Below, piece by piece: positions 56,601 to 64,000 of a DNA stretch of 64,000 nt. The notes under the pieces are model-generated. The model searched no databases. It was not told the DNA's origin and saw nothing but the letters and a program-made list of their open reading frames with translations. Each line of letters starts with the position of its first letter. The first letter of the stretch is position 1. The stretch comes from Lachnospiraceae bacterium (GTDB lineage Bacteria; Bacillota; Clostridia; Lachnospirales; Lachnospiraceae). The position numbers and the translations under genes were made by a program. The stretch is from assembly GCA_036307185.1 (NCBI GenBank), contig JAXJYC010000020.1, positions 6,284 through 70,283 on the forward strand, written 5' to 3'.

Positions 56601-57689
56601 GATCCGAGTGATTTTAGAGCATCTATTTCATTGGATGGTATTTCGAATATTTATAGATATTATATTGTATCGGAATATATATACCAAAATTATGTGCCGC
56701 TTTGTCAATATGAAGAAGTATATGCAGTTTGGTGTTTGAAAAGTGAGTATAATAGATATGCTGAAAAATTAGATTCTGTGTTACTTGAAGATGAATATAT
56801 AGAGGAATTGAAAGAAAGTGACAAGGTTGTATTAAACGATGCAGAAAGAATAGATGATGAACAAGGGGTGACAATTTCATCTGTAGGGAGTGACCCGATG
56901 ATAGGAGAACTTCAGAAAATAATAGATTTAACACAGTATGAAGGGAAAGTTGTTAGATTTGTAATTAAATATAGAACTGAAAAAGAAGGTAATATTCAGA
57001 TGTTCTATACTACTGAAGAAAACGAGAGTTATAATGCTAGTAAAGTTGAAACGAAAGTTATATGTGGTGAAGGAAATGTGGAATTTGCTATTCCTATTAC
57101 TGAACACTCTAAAATACGAATAGATATACCGAGTGAATCACAGGTGACAATATTGTCATTAGTTACAAAAATTCATGCTGAAAACATTTATTATGGTTAC
57201 GATGGACCATATGAAAAGTTAGATAATGAAGGCGTTAATACTTATGTTTATAGAGCTAGTCTGCATAAATATAATTTAAATCAACTCCCGTGGATTTGGG
57301 GGAATTATGACATAGAGAGTTCAAATGAATGTAAAGTTGTTGCAGAGATTGAATATGAAGATGGAATTTATCGTTTTGATAATAGTTTTATCGATTCGAA
57401 ACAAACTGGTAATTATCTTAAAATACGAGCTACATACAATGGCGTGGATAATGGTGTTATGTATAAAGAAACAGATGAATCTATTCCAGCAACAATTATA
57501 ATGGGTAATTATGAAAATGATAATTTTGTTGAGAAATGTCGGTATGAGATGAGTATCAAAGAAGGGACATATGATTATTTGATTCGTGTAAGTGCAGATT
57601 ATTATTGGTATTTAGGTGAAATTGACGCAATAAAAATGGAAACGGAAGGAAATATGTATGGAATAGAAATGGAAATAATAGAAGAGTAA
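53676..57689 (+). CDS. Very large polytopic membrane protein of unknown function (candidate GT-C-like transferase/polymerase)
   Basis: 1337 aa. Signal-anchor, exposed domain of about 170 aa, about 20 hydrophobic helices (residues ~190-850), and a soluble C-terminal region of about 480 aa. RBS aaggaga. Confidence 0.6.
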   Translation: MISLLKRKHINWGIKIFICIFMSVFLLRSFCEEGFSKYYNYRNYSFQSNYTGTEEYVFDENTSVSQFFVAKGNVLNNISLFLLDAPNQEVLFTVSDIKGEKVGSTHINLSDYKAKEWNDIALNCKELKLNNEYIVNISSDKSLSSICINSDDASEILGKCTAGKEVISGVVAMGINFAYQYMTFGNGLEMISVIVFTLIFIAILCYSVCNIELLYSKFNETEKKRGGLYAMYFAMTFVLLYNPLEKVRNEVIEFKRVIGAGINANVDVSRRVSNFNTWFIMFGISFCLLFLLFNFLFSIKREEENIKIISFMDNTIVLANCLLVLKCITYFYNKTVNNSSFLFSNNVVLIILLSILAYVALDLQKNIDVDSYAKMLIIGASVSFPISIFVGYEGDMGKVVSGLLAIIYLGIVIFCKVCKSLKKSSVFEVTIMGSVIVLSLLPLMTSFYIEFIHILNQYGVFVAHPAKYYVIANMLVLIICVVFIFVLNKKKWMINNWKKWSYPCMIMGIAFLSIQIPIQSVYNPDVFEGANYGVLISDFFNYGSIPIVEHYGGHMMTGVWEGVLYGIINNDYVGAVVSPYSNLLVVVLTILFYYFIKIIWNNDIALMITLFFPFYEYWSYYGLGMLLCLAVVGYIRNKTYVKALLVWVAFVWCALYRLDLGFAFGAAAIVALIIYIVINKCWDSVRQLGVTLCGTLVVGLSAWFIICIIKGINPIERLLEFVKLSMSNQNWAYANIGNYSNTVFGFVYVILPFVIIGCLTFVFLSKNMKKKLGDIEWIILIILGVSFLINYSRGLVRHSLYEMQTMVIVWTAYIFISYFYSCYKNNKKIFLPLFMLLILCNTLFMQDSNFNAKSVADNSVVYPEKIIESWTVDRRAEEAVMTFWEQIKEDEKIVQRVQLSDQLNEMVCQYQTVLDTLLDKDETFVDYTNKTILYALMGRENPVYVSQSPLQLSGEYAQEQFVEQIKDVPLVVMPVDPSDFRASISLDGISNIYRYYIVSEYIYQNYVPLCQYEEVYAVWCLKSEYNRYAEKLDSVLLEDEYIEELKESDKVVLNDAERIDDEQGVTISSVGSDPMIGELQKIIDLTQYEGKVVRFVIKYRTEKEGNIQMFYTTEENESYNASKVETKVICGEGNVEFAIPITEHSKIRIDIPSESQVTILSLVTKIHAENIYYGYDGPYEKLDNEGVNTYVYRASLHKYNLNQLPWIWGNYDIESSNECKVVAEIEYEDGIYRFDNSFIDSKQTGNYLKIRATYNGVDNGVMYKETDESIPATIIMGNYENDNFVEKCRYEMSIKEGTYDYLIRVSADYYWYLGEIDAIKMETEGNMYGIEMEIIEE

Positions 57690-57794
57690 ATATATATGAT
57701 AAGGCTAATTGTTAGGATATGAGAAATATACAAAACAATTAATGGGAACGTAACCTGGATCAGTATCATATATTTCATAAGAAATTGAGATAAT

Positions 57795-57848
57795 ATTACC
57801 ACTCAAAAATATGTTGATTTTTTTATGAAAGAGTGGTAATATTTTTTT
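57795..57848 (+). terminator. Stem-loop with T-run after the glycan operon
   Basis: ATTACCACTC, 26-nt loop, GAGTGGTAAT, then aTTTTTTT. Confidence 0.6.
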
Positions 57849-57882
57849 GTTGCAGTTCATAAAATGAAAAAAGGAGGAGTTC

Positions 57883-59655
57883 ATGAACGTTCAAGAATGC
57901 GAAATTTTGCTTCATGTAATAAAACAACAATATGTTAACCAGAGAGTTTTAGCTGAACAAACAGGGTATTCATTAGGCATGGTTAATAAAACCTTAAAAA
58001 GTCTTATAAGTGATGGATATTTAGATGAAGAGATAAAACCTACATCAGAAGCGTATAATGTTATAGAGGCTTGTTCTCCACGAAATGCCATAATATTAGC
58101 AGCTGGTTATGGAATGAGAATGGTTCCTATAAATAAGGAATGCCCAAAGGCGTTGATAGAGATTGATGGACAGCCTTTAATACATAGATTAATAGAACAG
58201 TTAAGGGAAGTGGGAATAGAAAAAATATATATAGTAGTGGGCTTTATGAAAGAAAGGTTTGAATATTTAATAGATGAATATAATGTGGAGCTTATTGTTA
58301 ATAGCGAATACTCGTCAAAAAATAACCTACATTCATTATTACTTACAAAAGATATTCTATCTAATTCATATATAGTTCCAAGTGATATTTGGTGTAAAAC
58401 AAATCCTTTCAGCAAGAGTGAATTATACTCTTGGTATATGGTAAGTGATAAAATAGATTTAGATAGTAATGTAAGAGTTAACAGAAAAAGAGAATTAGTT
58501 ATTGTTGATGAAAATAAGGGTGGCAATGCTATGTTGGGAATTTCATATTTGACAGAAGAACATAGTAATGTTGTGAAAAACAAGTTGATAGAATATAGTC
58601 ATGATAGAAAATATGATGATTGTTTCTGGGAAGAGGTATTAAATGAATTTGGTAAATATATTGTAAGTGCAAGAATTGTTTCAGAGAATGATGCTATGGA
58701 GATTAATACTTATGAGCAACTTAGAGAAATAGATGAGAAATCTAACCAGTTAAAATCAGACGCTATAGATGTTATTTGCAAGACTTTTGAGATAAATGTT
58801 AATGAAATAACAGATATACAGGTGTTGAAAAAGGGGATGACTAATCGTTCGTTTTTATTCGCTTGCAAAGGTGATAAGTATATAATGCGCATACCAGGTG
58901 AAGGTACAGAACAGTTAATTAATAGAAAAGAAGAGGCAGATGTTTATATAGCTATTGCAAATGAGAAGATATGTGATGATATAGCATATATTAATGCAAA
59001 TAATGGATATAAAATTACTAGATATTTTAATGATGCCAGAGTATGTGATGCAGATGATATAAATGATTTGACTGAATGTATGAATAAATTAAGGACATTT
59101 CATAATTTGAAGCTTAAAGTTGATCACGAGTTTGATATATATAAGCAAATAGAATTTTATGAAAGCTTATGGGATGGCAATGCATCGGTATATAGAGATT
59201 ATGAAGAGACTAAGAAAAAGGTTTATAAGTTAAAAAAATATATAGATGCATGCGAAAAAGAAAGATGTTTAGTGCATATAGATGCTGTTCCGGATAATTT
59301 CTTGTTTGTTAAAAATGAGAAACAAGAGGAAGAAGTACGACTTATTGATTGGGAATATTCTGGAATGCAAGATCCACATGTTGATATCGCTATGTTTTGT
59401 ATATATTCTATGTATGATAGACAACAAGTTGATAGGTTGATAGATATATATTTTGAGAATGAATGTAGTATAGAGACAAGAATAAAAGTTTATTGTTACG
59501 TGGCAATATGTGGTTTCTTATGGAGTAATTGGTGTGAGTATAAACGATTACTCGGAGTGGAATTTGGTGAGTATTCATTGCGCCAATATAGATATGCTAA
59601 AGAATATTATAAAATCGCTGTAGAAGAATTAGCAAAGAAGGGAGAAACCTTATAG
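57883..59655 (+). CDS. Three-domain protein: wHTH-like N terminus, LicC-like nucleotidyltransferase, LicA-like choline kinase
   Basis: 590 aa. NAIILAAGYGMRMVP...KALIEIDGQPLI (NTP transferase). LVHIDAVPDNFLF...LIDWEYSGMQDPHVDIAMF (choline/aminoglycoside kinase Brenner and DxD motifs). Confidence 0.75.
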   Translation: MNVQECEILLHVIKQQYVNQRVLAEQTGYSLGMVNKTLKSLISDGYLDEEIKPTSEAYNVIEACSPRNAIILAAGYGMRMVPINKECPKALIEIDGQPLIHRLIEQLREVGIEKIYIVVGFMKERFEYLIDEYNVELIVNSEYSSKNNLHSLLLTKDILSNSYIVPSDIWCKTNPFSKSELYSWYMVSDKIDLDSNVRVNRKRELVIVDENKGGNAMLGISYLTEEHSNVVKNKLIEYSHDRKYDDCFWEEVLNEFGKYIVSARIVSENDAMEINTYEQLREIDEKSNQLKSDAIDVICKTFEINVNEITDIQVLKKGMTNRSFLFACKGDKYIMRIPGEGTEQLINRKEEADVYIAIANEKICDDIAYINANNGYKITRYFNDARVCDADDINDLTECMNKLRTFHNLKLKVDHEFDIYKQIEFYESLWDGNASVYRDYEETKKKVYKLKKYIDACEKERCLVHIDAVPDNFLFVKNEKQEEEVRLIDWEYSGMQDPHVDIAMFCIYSMYDRQQVDRLIDIYFENECSIETRIKVYCYVAICGFLWSNWCEYKRLLGVEFGEYSLRQYRYAKEYYKIAVEELAKKGETL

Positions 59656-59656
59656 T

Positions 59657-60358
59657 ATGCATGTAGTAAAAAGAGCAATTATTATGGCAGCAGGTATAGG
59701 CAAAAGAATGAATCCTATAACTCTTACGACGCCCAAGCCGTTGGTTAAAGTTAACGGCGTACGAATGATAGACACGGTTATACGAGCGCTTCATGCTAAT
59801 GATATAAGAGAAATATACATTGTTGTTGGTTATTTGAAGGATCAGTTTAAAACTTTAGTTCAAGAATACGAAGGTATAACACTAATTGAGAATCCTTACT
59901 ATAATACTTGTAATAATATTTCGTCACTGTATGTGGCAAGAGAACATATTTGTGATGCTATAATATTAGACGGAGATCAGATGATTTATAATAAGGACAT
60001 TTTAAAAAAAGAGTTTTCTATGTCTGGATATAATGCCATTTGGACAGATGGAATTACAGATGAATGGTTAATGGAAGTAGAAGATGATAAAGTTATTTCT
60101 TGTAGTAGAACTGGAGGAAAAAATGGTTGGCAGTTATATTCGGTTTCTAGATGGACATATGATGATGGTGTTAAGCTTAAGGAATATTTAGAATATGAAT
60201 TTGAAGTTGCTAAGAATCACCAAATATATTGGGATGATGTTGCGATGTTTAATCATTTTGAAGACTTTACATTAGGTATTTTGCCAATGAAAAAAGGCGA
60301 TATATTAGAAATAGATAGCTATGAAGAATTAGTTAGTATAGATGGTACGTATAAGTAG
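59657..60358 (+). CDS. licC: CTP:phosphocholine cytidylyltransferase (LicC family)
   Basis: 233 aa. RAIIMAAGIGKRMNPITLTTPKPLVKVNG. Confidence 0.75.
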   Translation: MHVVKRAIIMAAGIGKRMNPITLTTPKPLVKVNGVRMIDTVIRALHANDIREIYIVVGYLKDQFKTLVQEYEGITLIENPYYNTCNNISSLYVAREHICDAIILDGDQMIYNKDILKKEFSMSGYNAIWTDGITDEWLMEVEDDKVISCSRTGGKNGWQLYSVSRWTYDDGVKLKEYLEYEFEVAKNHQIYWDDVAMFNHFEDFTLGILPMKKGDILEIDSYEELVSIDGTYK

Positions 60359-60364
60359 GAGGAT

Positions 60365-61897
60365 ATGATAATGGAAAGTAATAAGAAAAAAATTGATTGG
60401 ATGATAACAATAGTGCCATTTGCGATTGTAGTTGCATTGGGTATAATATTCTTTTTTATGCCAGAACAGTCTAATGTAATATTAAGTAAGATACGTTTTG
60501 TTTTAGGCGATACATTTGGTACATATTATTTAATAATAGGTTTGGGAATATTTGGGGTATCATTATTTTTGGCGTTTTCTAAATATGGAAATGTAGTACT
60601 GGGTGGTAAAGATGAGAAACCGAAGTATTCATTCTTTTCTTGGGGATGTATGATGTTTACATGTGGATTGGCTGCTGATATATTATTTTACTCATTTTCT
60701 GAATGGGTTATGTATGTAAATAATCCTCATATTGCAGAGTTGGGCAATACTCAGGATTGGGCTAGTGTGTATCCGGTATTCCATTGGAGTTTTATTCCTT
60801 GGGGATTTTATCTTGTTTTGGCTGTGGCATTTGGATTTATGCTTCATGTAAGAAAGAGAAATAGACAAAAATATTCGGAAGCTTGTAGACCTATATTGGG
60901 TAAATATACTGATAAGTTGCCAGGAAGAGTAGTAGATTTGTTAGCTGTATTTGCATTATTGGCGGGAACAGCAACAACATTTAGTGTAGCTACTCCTTTA
61001 ATGTCGACTATTATTAGTGAATTATTTAATATAAATGTTAGTAGAAACACTATCACTGTTATTATCATTTTAATTACATGTGCTATATATACTTATTCTT
61101 TATTACATGGATTTAAAGGTATTAGTCTGTTAGCAAATATATGTATATATTTATTCTTTGGTTTAATGATATTTGTATTTGCATTTGGCGGTGAAGCTAA
61201 ATTTATTATAGATACAGGTGTTGAATCAATAGGTAGAATGCTTCAGAATTTTATAGGCTTATCTACATATACTGATCCAGCTAGAAAGACGAATTTTGCA
61301 CAGGATTGGACAATATATTATTGGGCATACTGGATGGTATGGTGTGTTGCAGTTCCATTCTTTATTGGTAATATTTCAAAGGGTAGAACAATAAAGCAGA
61401 CAATTGTTGGTGGATATATTTTTGGTGTAGGCTCAACAATTGCAAGTTTCCTTGTATTTGGAAATTATTCACTTGGTTTACAAACAAAAGGAGTTGCAGA
61501 TTTTATTACACCATATGAAGCTACATATGATGCATATGAGATGATTATTAATGTTATTAAGACATTGCCATGTGCGCCGTTGGTATTGGTATTAGTATTG
61601 ATATTAATGATAGCATTTTACGCGACATCATTTGATTCAATTGCATATACAGCATCATGTTATAGTTATAATAAATTAGAGCAGGATCAGTCGCCAAATA
61701 AGTTAATACAGTTACTATGGTGTGTTTTATTGATAATATTACCTATTGGTTTGATTTTTTCGGATAGTTCAATGGCTAATATTCAATCTGTGAGTATAAT
61801 AGCAGCGTTTCCAATAGGAATTGTAATGATAATGATTATATGGAGTTTCTTTAAGGATTCGAAGAAATATATAAATGAATCAGAAACACAAGAATAG
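60365..61897 (+). CDS. BCCT-family (betaine/carnitine/choline) transporter
   Basis: 510 aa. 12 TM helices. Trp-rich segment WTIYYWAYWMVWCVAVPFFIGNISKGRTI characteristic of BCCT. Confidence 0.8.
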   Translation: MIMESNKKKIDWMITIVPFAIVVALGIIFFFMPEQSNVILSKIRFVLGDTFGTYYLIIGLGIFGVSLFLAFSKYGNVVLGGKDEKPKYSFFSWGCMMFTCGLAADILFYSFSEWVMYVNNPHIAELGNTQDWASVYPVFHWSFIPWGFYLVLAVAFGFMLHVRKRNRQKYSEACRPILGKYTDKLPGRVVDLLAVFALLAGTATTFSVATPLMSTIISELFNINVSRNTITVIIILITCAIYTYSLLHGFKGISLLANICIYLFFGLMIFVFAFGGEAKFIIDTGVESIGRMLQNFIGLSTYTDPARKTNFAQDWTIYYWAYWMVWCVAVPFFIGNISKGRTIKQTIVGGYIFGVGSTIASFLVFGNYSLGLQTKGVADFITPYEATYDAYEMIINVIKTLPCAPLVLVLVLILMIAFYATSFDSIAYTASCYSYNKLEQDQSPNKLIQLLWCVLLIILPIGLIFSDSSMANIQSVSIIAAFPIGIVMIMIIWSFFKDSKKYINESETQE

Positions 61898-61908
61898 AGG
61901 TGTTGTAG

Positions 61909-62727
61909 ATGCGTAAGTTAGATATTAAGGAAATCCAAGTGGTTTCATTGGAAATACTTAAAAGAATAGCTGATATATGTGAACAAGAAGGATTAAGATA
62001 TTTCTTGACATATGGAACATTGATAGGTGCAGTTAGACATAAAGGATACATCCCTTGGGATGATGATGTGGATATTGCAATGCCGAGACCAGATTACGAT
62101 AAATTATTGAAATATCTTTTAGAAAATCCTCAAGACAATTTAGAGGTGTTTAATACAAAAACATGTAAACAGTATCCATATATGATTACACGTATTAGCG
62201 ATAACAGATATGAGATAGAGATGAATAATGAGAAAAAGTATGGTATGGGTGTGTTTATAGATATTTATCCATTAGATGGTTTGGGACAAACGCCAGAAGA
62301 AGCTTTGAAGTTTGGATTAAAGGGAGATAGATTATCTTCATTATGTTATCAGGCTACACGTAAGAGATATGCTGTAGAAACTACAAAGTCTACATTGAGA
62401 AAAATAATAAAGTTTCCAGTATTTATGTTTGCTAAAGTTTGTGGAAAAAATGTATTCCAGAAGAAATTGGCTAAGTTAGCAGGACAAAAGGATTATGATA
62501 AGAGCGAGTATATAGGTTGTGTTGTATGGTTGTCTGGTGGAATGAAGGATATATTTAAGAGAGAATGGTATGATGATTATGTAATGATGTCATATGAAAA
62601 ATATGAGTTTAGAGTTCCAAGTGGATATGATCAAATATTGACGAAGGTGTATGGTAATTATATGGAATTGCCGCCTGAGGAGGATAGAGTAGGTCATCAT
62701 GAGTATATAGCGTATGCTAAGGAATAG
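61909..62727 (+). CDS. licD: LicD-family phosphocholine transferase
   Basis: 272 aa. LRYFLTYGTLIGAVRHKGYIPWDDDVDIAMPR. Confidence 0.85.
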   Translation: MRKLDIKEIQVVSLEILKRIADICEQEGLRYFLTYGTLIGAVRHKGYIPWDDDVDIAMPRPDYDKLLKYLLENPQDNLEVFNTKTCKQYPYMITRISDNRYEIEMNNEKKYGMGVFIDIYPLDGLGQTPEEALKFGLKGDRLSSLCYQATRKRYAVETTKSTLRKIIKFPVFMFAKVCGKNVFQKKLAKLAGQKDYDKSEYIGCVVWLSGGMKDIFKREWYDDYVMMSYEKYEFRVPSGYDQILTKVYGNYMELPPEEDRVGHHEYIAYAKE

Positions 62728-62751
62728 ATAAAAGTGTGATAGAAATATTAT

Positions 62752-62779
62752 ATAGAGCATGGAATGTTCCATGCTCTAT
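62752..62779 (+). terminator. Intrinsic terminator after licD
   Basis: ATAGAGCATGGAatgtTCCATGCTCTAT followed by a T-rich tract. Confidence 0.7.
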
Positions 62780-62897
62780 TTCTATTTGTGGTGTATGCAT
62801 ATACGAAGAGGATTTGAAACTTTACTTTTATATTAATATAGGTTATACTAAGACGATAAATGTTATATAATAGTGCTGTTGAGAAGGAGAAAGAGCG

Positions 62898-64000
62898 ATG
62901 CGACATATATTTATAGTTGGTTCCAAGGGAATTCCAGGTGCATACGGTGGATATGAAACCTTCGTAGATAAATTAACAGAATATCATCAGAATAATAATG
63001 AAATAAAGTATCATGTGGCTTGTAAAGGAACAGAGAGAAAAGAAGAGGAATATCATAATGCAAGATGTTTTACTGTTAAGGTTCCAAATATTGGTCCGGC
63101 ACAGGCGATATATTATGATGTGGCAGCGTTAAAAGATTGTTGTAAATATATAAAGGCTAACAATATTGAGAATCCAATTGTCTATATTCTTGCATGTCGT
63201 ATAGGACCTTTTATGGCACATTACACTAAGAAAATACATAAGCTTGGTGGTGTAGTATATGTAAATCCAGATGGACATGAATGGAAGCGAGCTAAGTGGA
63301 GTGCACCAGTTAGAAAGTATTGGAAAGTATCTGAAAAGATGATGGTAAAGCATGCAGATTTACTTGTATGTGATAGTAAAAATATTGAGAAATATATAAA
63401 AAATGATTATGAAAAATATAATCCTAAAACAACTTTTATTGCATATGGGTCTGAAACAAGTAAGTCTTCATTAGATGATAATGATGAAAAATATATTAAC
63501 TGGTTAAAAGAGAAAAATTTGGAATCAAATAATTATTATTTGGTTGTAGGTAGATTTGTACCAGAAAATAATTATGAAACTATGCTTAAAGAATTTATGA
63601 AATCTAATACAAAGAAGTGTTTTGCTTTAATTACAAATGTAAGTGAGAATTTCTTAGAAGAGCTTAAAAAGAAGACAAGATTTCATGAGGATAATAGAAT
63701 TAAGTTTGTTGGTACAGTATATGACCAAGAATTATTAAAGAAGATAAGAGAAAATGCATATGGATATTTCCATGGACATGAGGTAGGAGGAACTAATCCA
63801 AGTCTACTAGAAGCATTAGGAAGTACAAAACTTAATTTATTGCTTGATGTTGGATTTAATAAAGAAGTGGCAGAAGATGCTGCCATATATTGGAGTAAAA
63901 AAGAAGGGGATTTAGCAAACTTAATTAATATCGCAGATAAAATGGAAAAAGATGAAATTGATAGAATAGGCTTGAAGGCTAAAAATAGAATTGATGAAGC
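62898..64000 (+). CDS. DUF1972-type GT1 glycosyltransferase (RgpA/WchF-like rhamnosyltransferase family), 3'-truncated by the window
   Basis: Not in the ORF track because no stop occurs before the window end. My translation: MRHIFIVGSKGIPGAYGGYETFVDKL...GRFVPENNY...HGHEVGGTNPSLLEALG. RBS aaggaga. Confidence 0.75.
   Translation, partial: MRHIFIVGSKGIPGAYGGYETFVDKLTEYHQNNNEIKYHVACKGTERKEEEYHNARCFTVKVPNIGPAQAIYYDVAALKDCCKYIKANNIENPIVYILACRIGPFMAHYTKKIHKLGGVVYVNPDGHEWKRAKWSAPVRKYWKVSEKMMVKHADLLVCDSKNIEKYIKNDYEKYNPKTTFIAYGSETSKSSLDDNDEKYINWLKEKNLESNNYYLVVGRFVPENNYETMLKEFMKSNTKKCFALITNVSENFLEELKKKTRFHEDNRIKFVGTVYDQELLKKIRENAYGYFHGHEVGGTNPSLLEALGSTKLNLLLDVGFNKEVAEDAAIYWSKKEGDLANLINIADKMEKDEIDRIGLKAKNRIDE

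Noticed and set aside
1-64000. Mobile elements, prophage, tRNA or rRNA genes
   Set aside because: No transposase, integrase or recombinase motifs were recognised in any listed ORF, and I noticed no cloverleaf-like or rRNA-like segments. This rests on visual inspection only, without tRNAscan or Rfam.

Overview
AT-rich chromosomal segment of a low-GC Firmicute. Gene content looks like a Lachnospiraceae-type Clostridia anaerobe, but the taxon is inference only. All family calls rest on motifs I recognise by eye; no database search was possible. I found no rRNA, tRNA, CRISPR array, transposase or integrase. Gene order, left to right: (1) a polyamine pair, a GspS-like ATP-grasp ligase plus homospermidine synthase; (2) DUF2207 and LemA; (3) a Kv-type K+ channel with RCK_C domains; (4) an MCP and a phosphorelay (CheY-like, REC-HD-GYP, Hpt, hybrid kinase), followed by an N-terminally truncated AsnB-like gene and a PilZ membrane protein that resembles a cellulose synthase lacking its glycosyltransferase core; (5) feoA-feoB plus an unlisted Cys-rich small ORF; (6) an unexplained array of seven tandem ~54-bp stem-loop units; (7) a secreted GH13 alpha-amylase with a starch-binding module; (8) a TetR-controlled ABC exporter with one frameshifted ATPase gene; (9) cdaA-cdaR, an HPr-like gene, leuA and galE; (10) an accessory islet holding a HigB/HigA/SecB-like toxin-antitoxin-chaperone module, tspO, and an MqsR-like toxin with an MqsA-Panacea fusion antitoxin; (11) a dockerin-bearing papain-like protease next to a membrane-anchored cohesin protein; (12) a long cell-envelope glycan locus with two GT2 enzymes, an ArnE/F-like flippase pair, a GT-C enzyme, FAD/SDR/TIM-barrel enzymes and a 1337-aa polytopic protein, followed by a phosphocholine (lic) decoration module and a DUF1972-type GT1 that runs off the window. 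The most unusual items are the hairpin array, the GT-less BcsA-like PilZ protein, the TAC module in a Firmicute, the cohesin-dockerin protease pair and the lipid-linked glycosylation locus.
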